Positions 1-9,090 of a stretch of DNA of 64,000 bases are shown piece by piece (the stretch's first letter is position 1; each line of letters begins with the position of its first letter). The notes below the pieces were generated by a model. It saw nothing but the letters and a program-made list of their open reading frames with translations. It was not told the DNA's origin and did no database searches. Where the stretch lies: NCBI GenBank assembly GCA_963822355.1, contig CAWGHI010000007.1, forward strand, positions 12,676 to 76,675, read 5' to 3'. Position numbers and translations under genes: made by a program. This DNA comes from an uncultured Flavobacteriaceae bacterium (lineage in GTDB: Bacteria > Bacteroidota > Bacteroidia > Flavobacteriales > Flavobacteriaceae).

Positions 1-307
1 CAAGGAGGAACTTGAGGAATATTTCTTCGGAATAATGCCGGATTATGATGAAGACCGCGTATATGCCAGCGATATTAAAAAAGTGGTGCAATGGTACAAT
101 ATGCTTATTAAAAACGGTATAACCGATTTTTCTGAACCAAAAGAAGAAACCAAAGAAGAGGAAAAAGAGACCGCTGAAAAATCAAAAAAGGCTACTACCA
201 AAAAAACAGCTACTCCAAAAACTTCTGCGCCAAAAACGGCAAACCCTAAAGCTTCTTCCACAAAAAAAGGAGGCTCAACAAAAAACGCCGCTTCCCGTAA
301 AACCTAG
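1..307 (+). CDS. DUF5606-family protein, C-terminal part (gene starts upstream of the window)
   Basis: Frame is open from base 2 (KEELEEYFFGIMPDYDEDRVYASDIKKVVQWYNML), a motif I recognise from this Bacteroidota family. It is followed by a K/T/A/P-rich tail. Confidence 0.75.
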   Translation, partial: KEELEEYFFGIMPDYDEDRVYASDIKKVVQWYNMLIKNGITDFSEPKEETKEEEKETAEKSKKATTKKTATPKTSAPKTANPKASSTKKGGSTKNAASRKT

Positions 308-330
308 GGTGAATAAAAATTATTATCTTC

Positions 331-366
331 AATCCCGATTGTTATCTAACTTCGGGATTTTTTTGT
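331..366 (+). terminator. Rho-independent terminator
   Basis: AATCCCGA (331-338) pairs with TCGGGATT (352-359), followed by a T run, just after the stop at 307. Confidence 0.75.
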
Positions 367-378
367 TAATTCCCCCAA

Positions 379-456
379 AGAATAGAGAATAGAGAACAGA
401 GAACAAGAAGAGAACAGAGAGTGGAGAATCCAGAACTAAGAGCGAAACCTGAAACT
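379..456 (+). repeat. Degenerate 7-mer tandem array (AGAAYAG-like)
   Basis: AGAATAG AGAATAG AGAACAG AGAACAA gaag AGAACAG AGAGTGG AGAATCC AGAACTA AGAGCGA AACCTGA, ending at the ATG at 457. Confidence 0.8.
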
Positions 457-1233
457 ATGAGAAATTCCCGAAAAACACAACTGCAAGCTTTTGACCGATT
501 ATTGACCATTATGGACGAGTTGCGGGAGCAATGCCCGTGGGATAAAAAGCAGACCATGGAATCGCTTCGGCATTTGACCATTGAGGAAACCTATGAATTG
601 GGTGATGCTATTCTTGATAACGATTTGCAGGAGGTGAAAAAGGAATTAGGTGATGTATTGCTCCACATTGTTTTTTATGCCAAAATAGGCAGCGAAACGA
701 ATGAATTCGACATTGCCGATGTCTGTAACGATATTTGTGATAAGTTGATTTCCCGCCATCCACATATTTATGGCGACGTAAAAGTTGCTGACGAGGAAGA
801 GGTAAAACGAAACTGGGAAAATTTAAAATTGAAAGAAGGTAAAAAAAGTGTTTTGGAAGGTGTTCCGAAATCGTTGCCCGCATTGGTAAAAGCAAGCCGA
901 ATACAAGATAAGGTTGCAGGAGTGGGTTTTGATTGGGAAGAACCAAAGCAGGTTTTTGAAAAATTGCAAGAAGAGCTTGGCGAGCTGCAACACGAAATAA
1001 ACGAAAACAACCAAGAAAAAATAGAAGCAGAATTTGGCGACGTACTTTTCTCAATGATAAATTATGCACGTTTCCTAAAAGTTAATCCGGAAAATGCATT
1101 GGAACGCACCAATAAAAAGTTCATTAAACGATTTCAGTATTTGGAAAATAAAGCTAAAGAAATGAACAAATCCTTAAAGGATATGACGCTGACCGAAATG
1201 GATGTTTTTTGGAATGAAGCAAAATTGCAATAA
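457..1233 (+). CDS. mazG: Nucleoside triphosphate pyrophosphohydrolase MazG
   Basis: LREQCPWDKKQT, EETYE, EELGD and EAEFGDVLF tandem MazG motifs. ATG 457 is preferred to GTG 421, which lies inside the repeat array. Confidence 0.95.
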   Translation: MRNSRKTQLQAFDRLLTIMDELREQCPWDKKQTMESLRHLTIEETYELGDAILDNDLQEVKKELGDVLLHIVFYAKIGSETNEFDIADVCNDICDKLISRHPHIYGDVKVADEEEVKRNWENLKLKEGKKSVLEGVPKSLPALVKASRIQDKVAGVGFDWEEPKQVFEKLQEELGELQHEINENNQEKIEAEFGDVLFSMINYARFLKVNPENALERTNKKFIKRFQYLENKAKEMNKSLKDMTLTEMDVFWNEAKLQ

Positions 1234-1261
1234 AATCAATTTGAAATGAAAGCACTCCTCC

Positions 1262-1322
1262 TGTCTGTTCGAGCGCAGTCGAGAACTATCATGATTAGGT
1301 CACGACTGCGCTCGACCTGACA
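1262..1322. repeat. REP-like imperfect palindrome between convergent genes
   Basis: TGTCTGTTCGAGCGCAGTCGAGA ... TCACGACTGCGCTCGACCTGACA: 23-bp arms with 3 mismatches, GC-rich relative to the flanks. Confidence 0.8.
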
Positions 1323-1332
1323 TAAACTCAAA

Positions 1333-3432
1333 CTAGTCTTCCCGAACTTCCTTAATTTTCGAAAGCTTAGCCTTCCAAACTTCAAGTTGTTCTTTATGTC
1401 TTTCGATATTTTTATGGACTTCTTTTACCAGTGGATTGTTTTCATCAACATGATGGAAAAATCCTAGATTGTTTTCCAGCTGACGTATTTCATCTTTGGT
1501 CTCGTCTATTTTTTTCGAAATAAAGAAATGCTCATTCTGTAGTTTTCGTTCGTCTTCTCTATTTACAAGCGTATTTAACTTATTGTCGAACTTGATGAGC
1601 TCCGTTTCCTTTTTGCCTAAATCAAGTTTTGAGAAAAGTCCATCCAAGGTCTTGTTGAATTTCTGTTCAATCTGACGCTTATTGTATGGCACTCGACCCA
1701 ATTCTTTCCAAGCTTTAATATGTTCTTTTATTGTTTTTAAATCTGCTTTATGATCGCCGCTCAATTCAAAAGAGGAAAGTTTTTCCAACATTTCCTGCTT
1801 GGCTTCGTAATGTGCCATTTCCTCTTTGTTGGCTTCATTTTTCTGTGCGTGCAGCCTATCAAAATAATGATTGCAGGCTTTTTTGAATTGCTTCCAAATC
1901 TTGTCGCTATCCTTTCTTGGCACGTGCCCAATATTTTTCCAGTCACTCTGGATTTTTTTCATCAATTGGGTGGTTGCGTCAAAATCTTCGCTGTCCTTGT
2001 TTTCTTCTGCAATTTTTATTAGCTCACGTTTCTTTTCCAGATTGGTATATTGTTCCTTTTTCTGGTTTTTATAAAAGTTATTTTTTTGATGGTTGAAATT
2101 TCCTGTAGCATCTTTAAAAGCCTTCCAGATTTCTTTGTTGTTTGCCCTTGGCACACGACCTGTATTAAAAAAGGCATCGCGAAGCTCCTGCACTTTTTTA
2201 ATCGCGTTTTGCCAGCCTTGGTGACTTGGTTTGGCTTCGTCAGTTGTCTTTTTTATTTCTTCAACCAGTTCTTTTTTCTTTTCATAATTGGCTTCAAAGT
2301 CTTTTTCCATCTCGGCCAACTGCTCTTGGCGTTTGTCGTGGATTACCTTTGTGGCCTCGCTGAATTTATCCCAAACTTCATCGCGATATTCTTTGGCTAC
2401 TGGCCCAATATCTTCCTTCCACATTTTGTGCAACATCTGCAGTTCGCGGAACGCTTTGTTGATGTCCTCTTCTTGCCCAAGCTCTTCGGCGCGGGTAATT
2501 AATTTAAGTTTCGCGTCAAGGTTATGTTTAAAATCCAAATCGCGAAATTCCCGATTTAGATGCAAGAAATCATAAAAATTTTCAACATGATGATGATATG
2601 TATTCCAAACAGTATTGTACTTGTCTCTGGGAATAGCACCCGCAACATGCCATTTTTCCTGTATATCCTTAAAATGTTTATAGGTAGTATTTATGTTTTC
2701 CTCCGCTCCCAAAAGGCCTTTTAACTCTTCAATGAGTTCCCAGCGCTTTTCAAGATTGGATTGCAGATTTTTTTTAAGGCTTTTATAATGGTTATTACGC
2801 TTTTCTTTATAATCGAAATAAAGCGAATTAAATTCCTTTTTTAGCGGAGTAGTGTAGTGAAAGTCGATAATATTTCCGCCCTCTGCAAGAAATTCCTCTT
2901 TTTTGTGCTCAAGTTCTTCGTTGAATTTGTTGTTGAACTCGGAACGAATTTCCTCAACATCGTGTTTTAATTCCTGAATTTTTTTCGTCTTCAGAAGTTT
3001 ATCAAGTTCGGCAACCAGTTCTTTTTCCGAAAGTGTACTGTAATCTTTTTGTGCTTTTTCCTCGTTTTCCTCTTCATCGTCCTCATCTTCTGACGAAGCT
3101 ACTTCTTCTTCATCCTCATCCTCACTCTCCGAAGATTCAATCTTTTCATTGGAAGTGGCTTCAATCTCTTTTTTTTCCTGAACCGATTCCTTTTCAGCAA
3201 TCATTGCTTTTGCCACTTCGTTTTCTTCCTCAGATTCTTTTTCAGAAACTGGACTTTCCGTATTTTTTTCGGAGGTACTTTTTTCCTCCTTAACTTCTTC
3301 GCTTTCGGTTTTGGATGTATTTTCCTGGGCCGATGTTTCTGTAGTTTCAGAAGCCTCGCTTGTTGATTCGGTAGTTTCGTTTGCTGGAATTTCTACTTGG
3401 TTTTCTTCCTGTGGCAATTTTTCGTCAGACAT
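1333..3432 (-). CDS. DUF349 domain-containing protein
   Basis: About 700 aa with repeated helical units (W..F..A...F; WK.IG.VP) and an acidic low-complexity N-terminus. ATG at 3432; the ORF track extends to TTG 3441. Confidence 0.9.
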   Translation of the reverse strand: MSDEKLPQEENQVEIPANETTESTSEASETTETSAQENTSKTESEEVKEEKSTSEKNTESPVSEKESEEENEVAKAMIAEKESVQEKKEIEATSNEKIESSESEDEDEEEVASSEDEDDEEENEEKAQKDYSTLSEKELVAELDKLLKTKKIQELKHDVEEIRSEFNNKFNEELEHKKEEFLAEGGNIIDFHYTTPLKKEFNSLYFDYKEKRNNHYKSLKKNLQSNLEKRWELIEELKGLLGAEENINTTYKHFKDIQEKWHVAGAIPRDKYNTVWNTYHHHVENFYDFLHLNREFRDLDFKHNLDAKLKLITRAEELGQEEDINKAFRELQMLHKMWKEDIGPVAKEYRDEVWDKFSEATKVIHDKRQEQLAEMEKDFEANYEKKKELVEEIKKTTDEAKPSHQGWQNAIKKVQELRDAFFNTGRVPRANNKEIWKAFKDATGNFNHQKNNFYKNQKKEQYTNLEKKRELIKIAEENKDSEDFDATTQLMKKIQSDWKNIGHVPRKDSDKIWKQFKKACNHYFDRLHAQKNEANKEEMAHYEAKQEMLEKLSSFELSGDHKADLKTIKEHIKAWKELGRVPYNKRQIEQKFNKTLDGLFSKLDLGKKETELIKFDNKLNTLVNREDERKLQNEHFFISKKIDETKDEIRQLENNLGFFHHVDENNPLVKEVHKNIERHKEQLEVWKAKLSKIKEVRED

Positions 3433-3534
3433 TTGTTTCAATGTTTAGGTTCTATTTTATTGGAGGGTCAAGATACTAACAACTGCGCAATTGGCAAAGC
3501 ACACATCTTTTTTTTGATAATTTTTATGTGAATT

Positions 3535-4266
3535 TTATGAATTCCATATTTCCCAAGCTTTTTCGGCCTGTAATTCCAACATTTTCAAACCATTGCTTGT
3601 TTTTGCGCCTTGGATTTTCCCTCTTTTTATGAATTCGGTTTCCGTGGGATTGTAGATTAAATCGAAAAGCAAATGGTTTTTTGTGATAAATTGATAGGGA
3701 ATCGGCGGACAGTCCGTTATATTCGGAAAAGTGCCCAAGGGTGTGCAATTAATGATTAGCAGATGGTTTTCAATTATAGATTTGTTCAAAGCGGAATAGT
3801 CTAATATGTTTGAAGCAGCGCTACGACTCACAAACTTATATTCAAAGCCTAAATTACCTAACGTATATGCAATGGCTTTTGAAGCGCCACCTGTACCTAA
3901 AATGAGGGCTGTTTTGTGTTGAAGTGGCAAAAAATTTTCCAATGATTTTTGAAAGCCGAAATAGTCTGTATTGAAACCAATCAAATTTTTATCTTCAGTA
4001 ATCTTTATTGTGTTCACCGCGCCTATTTTTTCTGCTTCAATATCTAATATATCCAGAAATTGAATCACTTCCTCTTTATAGGGAATTGTTACGTTAAGTC
4101 CCTTTAAATTTAATGTTTCAGCAATAATCTGTGGAAAATTTTTTATGGAAGGAATATCAAAATTCTCATAGGAATGAGGCAAGTTTTCCCGTTCAAATTT
4201 TTCAGAAAAGAAAGTTTTTGAGAAGGAATAGCCGATGTTTTTACCTATCAATCCAAATTTAGCCAC
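3535..4266 (-). CDS. aroE: Shikimate dehydrogenase
   Basis: GLNVTIPYK, IGAVNT, NTDYFGF, ILGTGGAS, NCTPLG and DLIYNP motifs. Confidence 0.92.
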   Translation of the reverse strand: MAKFGLIGKNIGYSFSKTFFSEKFERENLPHSYENFDIPSIKNFPQIIAETLNLKGLNVTIPYKEEVIQFLDILDIEAEKIGAVNTIKITEDKNLIGFNTDYFGFQKSLENFLPLQHKTALILGTGGASKAIAYTLGNLGFEYKFVSRSAASNILDYSALNKSIIENHLLIINCTPLGTFPNITDCPPIPYQFITKNHLLFDLIYNPTETEFIKRGKIQGAKTSNGLKMLELQAEKAWEIWNS

Positions 4267-5281
4267 GCTGCTTCTTTTTGAAATTATCGTACCAATCCAA
4301 ACTTAAAACGATCAGTATCCCTAAAATTATGAACGCTATTGCCAAAATGGTTTCAGTTCCAAACTCAGAGGGAAGAAAACGATTATAGCCGGTAATTATT
4401 TCTCTTCCATTGGCGTCAAATTGGATATTGCCCAAGGCATCGAGAGCATATTTTTTTTCCTTCCAAGGCCAAACAACTCCTAAAGAACCTGCAATAAAAC
4501 CAATAATTACCGCATAAGTAGCTTTTTTGAACCGTTTTAAAACATAAGCCAAAAGATGCGAAAGCGAGACCAAACCAACCAATGAGCCTAATGAAAAAAC
4601 AGCCAAAACTTTTAAAAGCTCCACTCTTTCGGGATCATAAATCCAGCTGAAATCCAATTGAAAAATATTGGCAATCGTATCAAACAAGGCATTTACGGAA
4701 TCTACCAAAAGAAGAACATAATTTCCCAAAAGAATTAAAATAAAGGAGCCCGAAAACCCCGGAAGTGTCATTCCGGAAACACTAATAATTCCACAGAAAA
4801 AAACGAAAAAGAGATTGCTATTTTCCTTTGCGGGTTCCAAAAAGCTGATAGCCACACCGGCAAGCGCCCCGCATAATAAAAAAGAAAAGTATTTGCGATT
4901 CCAATCACCAAAATCTTTCGCAATAAAGTAAATGGAGCCGATGATCATCCCAAAGAACGCGCTCCATACGTAAAGTTCATAATGAACAATTAAATAATCA
5001 AGAAGTTTGGAAATGCTGAAATAACTGACCACCATTCCAAAAATGAGCAGGCTCAAAAACTGTCCGTTGGTATATCTATAAACACTTTTAAACCGACCGT
5101 TAATCAATAATTTGAAAGCTTTTCTATTTATTTTTTGAAGGGAATAAATAAATTCTTCATAGAACCCGGCCACAAATGCTACAACACCGCCCGAAACCCC
5201 AGGCACTTTATTGGCCGCACCCATCGCTAGTCCTTTTAATACCAACCAATATTTATCGGAGAAGGAGCGATTTTCGTACAC
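4259..5281 (-). CDS. DUF368 (undecaprenyl-phosphate translocase family) membrane protein, divergent paralogue
   Basis: GLAMGAANKVPGVSGG and MTLPGFSGSFILILLG re-entrant motifs; WPWK; multiple TM segments. Confidence 0.88.
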   Translation of the reverse strand: MYENRSFSDKYWLVLKGLAMGAANKVPGVSGGVVAFVAGFYEEFIYSLQKINRKAFKLLINGRFKSVYRYTNGQFLSLLIFGMVVSYFSISKLLDYLIVHYELYVWSAFFGMIIGSIYFIAKDFGDWNRKYFSFLLCGALAGVAISFLEPAKENSNLFFVFFCGIISVSGMTLPGFSGSFILILLGNYVLLLVDSVNALFDTIANIFQLDFSWIYDPERVELLKVLAVFSLGSLVGLVSLSHLLAYVLKRFKKATYAVIIGFIAGSLGVVWPWKEKKYALDALGNIQFDANGREIITGYNRFLPSEFGTETILAIAFIILGILIVLSLDWYDNFKKKQRG

Positions 5282-5307
5282 TTAATTTCTAGTATTGAGT
5301 ATTGGGA

Positions 5308-6303
5308 TTAGTAGGACTTTTTTTCATCAGTGCCTACGGCAACTTTCTTTACAGCAAGGCGTTCCAACAGAAAGATTGTTAAAAAACCTATCGTTGCGAA
5401 TATTACTGCGAATAATATTTGTGGGTTACCCCCATAATTTTGAGGCAAAATGCTTCTTTCAATAAATGGAATTTGTTCTCCCAAGTGATTCATTCTATAC
5501 TGTAAAACTTCTTTCCACGGCCAAATTTTGTTGAGGGCACCTATCATAAACCCAGTAAGTATTGCCAGAATTAAGTTTTTATGATGTTTAAACATCCAAT
5601 TCAACGCTTTCGAAAAAACCTTGAGACCAATAATTGCACCCACCCCAAATATTAAAAGCTTTCCAAATGCACCCCAGAAAAGTGAACTATTTAATGTGGT
5701 GATTCCTTCCCCCAGTTGGGTTACAATGCCAATGACTGTTGTGTATGCGCCCATAAGTAAGAGGATAAAAGAGCCAGAAATTCCGGGAAGTATCATTGCG
5801 ATAATGGCTATAAAACCCGCAAAAAATAGAAACCAAGTGCTTTCCGGAGAACCCACAGGATCCGCAATGGTTATTAAATAAGAAAGTACTGAAGCTAAAA
5901 CTAATGCTACCATTACAGATAATCTCCAATTGTTTATTTGCTTGCCAACGTAAACAATGCTGGCTATAACCAACCCAAAGAAGAAGGACCAAACCATGAT
6001 TGGATACACATCCAAAAGCCAAGTTATTAGTTTTGCTAGGGAAATAATACTTATAAGCACCCCGGAAAAAAGGGCGATCAAAAACGAAAGGTTGTAATGT
6101 TTCCATGCATTCAAAAAACCTTCATTTTTCCAGATTTTGAAGAAACCTAGATCTATATTGTGAATGGTCTCAATCAATTCTTCGTAAATTCCAGAAATGA
6201 AAGCTATGGTACCGCCAGAAACGCCCGGCACCACATCTGCGGCTCCCATGGCAAGGCCTTTAGCGGTTACCATTAAATATTGGAGAAAATTTCTTTGAGG
6301 CAT
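5308..6303 (-). CDS. DUF368 (undecaprenyl-phosphate translocase family) membrane protein
   Basis: Canonical GLAMGAADVVPGVSGGTIA and AMILPGISGS motifs; WPWK. Confidence 0.92.
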   Translation of the reverse strand: MPQRNFLQYLMVTAKGLAMGAADVVPGVSGGTIAFISGIYEELIETIHNIDLGFFKIWKNEGFLNAWKHYNLSFLIALFSGVLISIISLAKLITWLLDVYPIMVWSFFFGLVIASIVYVGKQINNWRLSVMVALVLASVLSYLITIADPVGSPESTWFLFFAGFIAIIAMILPGISGSFILLLMGAYTTVIGIVTQLGEGITTLNSSLFWGAFGKLLIFGVGAIIGLKVFSKALNWMFKHHKNLILAILTGFMIGALNKIWPWKEVLQYRMNHLGEQIPFIERSILPQNYGGNPQILFAVIFATIGFLTIFLLERLAVKKVAVGTDEKKSY

Positions 6304-6337
6304 AGTCTATTTTACTAAAACCTCAAAAATACACAAA

Positions 6338-7738
6338 TTATAGTGAAGGATTTTTGTGCTGGCTTATTATTTCCTTTACGTTTTCCATTTCAAAAACTGA
6401 AGGGAAAAGCTCCTCAATAATCATTAGGTATTCAGGTTCAGATTTTAATGCATTTTTTAAATGAAAAGCACCTTTGGCAAACTCACTTAAAACATAATAT
6501 AAACCAGACAAGCGATATTCTACTTCAGCATGTTCTGGGTAAAACTCCAAGGCTTGATTGAAATTGTTCACGGCAGCTTCATATTCGCCGAGATTGGTAA
6601 GAATATCACCGCGGGTTAACCATGATTCCAATTCATAATTGCCCAGTTCCAAAGCTTTGCGATAACCAACTTCTGCTTCCTCAAAAAGATTTAAACGGTT
6701 ATTTATTTTAGCATAGCGTTTCCAGTAATTTACATTTTCACTGTCAATATTTATGGCTTTTTCTATGTAGTAAAGTGCTTTTTGGAATTGTTTACTCTTA
6801 AAATAAAAATCGGTTATAGCTATCCAGCCTTTGTCCAATAAAGAATCCTCTTCTACACATTTTGTGAAAAACTGTAGTGACATTTCTGAATTGCCCAATT
6901 TTTCATAACATTTCCCAATTCGCAATAATGCATATGAAGTGGGATCGTCTAATCCCAGCGTTATGGAGTAGCTTTCAATTGCTTCTTCATACATCTTCAA
7001 TTTTTCAAGTACCCTTCCTTTTTCAAGGTACGCACCTATAAAACTATCGTCACTTATAATTGCAAAATCAAACGCAGCAAGTGCTTTTTTGTACTTTTTA
7101 AGCTCATAATATTGTTTCCCGATTTGGTGCCAAGCCACTTCGCAGTAGGGATTTTTATTGAGAAAATCATTCAAATAATCAATTGCAGCTTCATATTCGT
7201 CAAGATATTCAAAGCAATAAATAATGTTATAAAGTGCAGAATAATCTTCTTCGTCTTCCTCCAAACACTTCATAAAATAGTATTTGGCGTTTATGTAATC
7301 TTCCATAAAAAGATATTCCATCCCCAATAGCGACAACACGTCAGCTTCGTCATCGGTTATTTCCAAGGCTTGTTCTAAAAGTGTGATTGCTTCTTTATGT
7401 TTGTCTCTTCTGGAAAATATATTCGCTTTTTGGATATAGATTTCCTCGTTGCTCTGTTCCAGTTGGTACAATTCGTCCAAAAGTTCATCGGCGATGTCCA
7501 ATTGGTTTTCAAAAATGTACATTTCTATTTGGAAAAGCTTCAGATTTATGGAAGATGGATGTTGCTCAAGACCCAATTTTGTGGCCTTTTTGGCCAGTGC
7601 AATCTTTCCGTTTTCAAGATAGTGGTGCACTATCTCTTCAAATTCCTCTGAGTCGAAAAATAGAACGCTGTTGGTTTTCAGCATGGATTCGAATCTTTCC
7701 AGCGAGAAGTTGTTATGCTCGTTTGAACTTAATTGCAT
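6338..7738 (-). CDS. Tetratricopeptide repeat protein
   Basis: Multiple ~34-aa helical repeats (A..A...AL...P, Y...G..Y). Confidence 0.85.
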   Translation of the reverse strand: MQLSSNEHNNFSLERFESMLKTNSVLFFDSEEFEEIVHHYLENGKIALAKKATKLGLEQHPSSINLKLFQIEMYIFENQLDIADELLDELYQLEQSNEEIYIQKANIFSRRDKHKEAITLLEQALEITDDEADVLSLLGMEYLFMEDYINAKYYFMKCLEEDEEDYSALYNIIYCFEYLDEYEAAIDYLNDFLNKNPYCEVAWHQIGKQYYELKKYKKALAAFDFAIISDDSFIGAYLEKGRVLEKLKMYEEAIESYSITLGLDDPTSYALLRIGKCYEKLGNSEMSLQFFTKCVEEDSLLDKGWIAITDFYFKSKQFQKALYYIEKAINIDSENVNYWKRYAKINNRLNLFEEAEVGYRKALELGNYELESWLTRGDILTNLGEYEAAVNNFNQALEFYPEHAEVEYRLSGLYYVLSEFAKGAFHLKNALKSEPEYLMIIEELFPSVFEMENVKEIISQHKNPSL

Positions 7739-7884
7739 ACGCACGGTTTAACGGTTTCTTCTATTTTAAAGATAATAATGTAAAAATAAGTTCAATAGTT
7801 ATGCCGTCTTTATTGTTAACGGACTTATCAACAGAAAGGTAATGGTTAAATTCCTATTAATAAAGGGGTTGCACACAATTGACT

Positions 7885-9090
7885 TCAATTGATTCGATTT
7901 AGCACGATTTGAAGCAAATTGCATCCTTCTGCAATTTCGTCATTGTTGATTGTTAATGGCGGTGTAATGCGGAGCGCGCGCCCTTCAAAAAGTAGCCAAA
8001 AAAGTATCAAGCCTTCCTCTTTGCAAGCGAGGATAACTTCGGAAGCGATCTCGGGAGTTTCCATCATTGCTGCGAGCATCAAACCTCTTCCGCGCACTTC
8101 CTTTATTAATGGATGTTTTAAAAGTTTTCTGAAAAGTTGTTCCTTTTCAAGTGTTTGTTGAATAATATCCGATTCCGTCAACTCTTGCAACGTAGCCAAT
8201 GCAGCGGCGGCAATTACCGGATTTCCGCCAAAAGTTGTTATATGTCCAAGTTTCGGATTATCCTGAAGCAGCGCCATAACTTCGTATGAAGCTGTAAAAG
8301 CGCCAATCGGCATTCCGCCGCCCATTCCTTTTCCCATCACTAAAATATCGGGCACAATTCCGAAATGTTCAAAAGCGAAAAGTTTTCCGGTACGTCCAAA
8401 TCCGGGCTGAATTTCGTCTAAAATTAAAAGTGTGCCCGTTTCATCGCATCGCCTCCGCACTTTTTTCAAATAATCATTTTCCGGTTGTATAAAGCCGGCG
8501 CCACCCTGGATAGTTTCCAAAATAATAGCCGCGGTTTCCGAAGTTATTCTTTGAAGATCCGCTTCATTATTAAAATTTACAGGGAAGCAATCTGGAATCA
8601 GTGGTTTGAAAGCATTCTTGCGCTCCTCAAAACCCATCACGCTCATTGAGCCCATAGTATTGCCGTGATAGGCATTATTTGCATACAGAATCTGCGTTCT
8701 TCCCGTGGCGCGTCGGGCGAGTTTTAATGCGCCTTCAATGGCTTCCGTACCGCTATTCACTAAATAAGTTGTGTTTAGATTATTAGGAAGATTTTGGGAA
8801 AGCAATTTTGCCAATTCTACCGCAGGTTCCTGTATATATTCACCATAAACCATTACGTGCAAATATTTATCTACCTGATTTTTTATTGCTGAAATAACTC
8901 GCGGATGGCAATGGCCAAGCGTACAGGCCGAAACTCCCGCAACAAAGTCCAGATGTTTTTTCCCTGAGGTGTCATAAATATAGCTTCCTTCTGCGTGAGA
9001 AATTTCCAACGGCCAATGGATGCGGTGCTTGTTTGTGCTTGATATTTGAAGAAGTCGTCGATCATTAATTTCCGGTTTGAAGGGAATCAT
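7885..9090 (-). CDS. Class III PLP-dependent aminotransferase (acetylornithine aminotransferase-like)
   Basis: NSGTEAIEGALK, YHGNT, DEIQPGFGRTG and MGKGMGGG (PLP lysine) motifs. Confidence 0.88.
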   Translation of the reverse strand: MIPFKPEINDRRLLQISSTNKHRIHWPLEISHAEGSYIYDTSGKKHLDFVAGVSACTLGHCHPRVISAIKNQVDKYLHVMVYGEYIQEPAVELAKLLSQNLPNNLNTTYLVNSGTEAIEGALKLARRATGRTQILYANNAYHGNTMGSMSVMGFEERKNAFKPLIPDCFPVNFNNEADLQRITSETAAIILETIQGGAGFIQPENDYLKKVRRRCDETGTLLILDEIQPGFGRTGKLFAFEHFGIVPDILVMGKGMGGGMPIGAFTASYEVMALLQDNPKLGHITTFGGNPVIAAAALATLQELTESDIIQQTLEKEQLFRKLLKHPLIKEVRGRGLMLAAMMETPEIASEVILACKEEGLILFWLLFEGRALRITPPLTINNDEIAEGCNLLQIVLNRIN

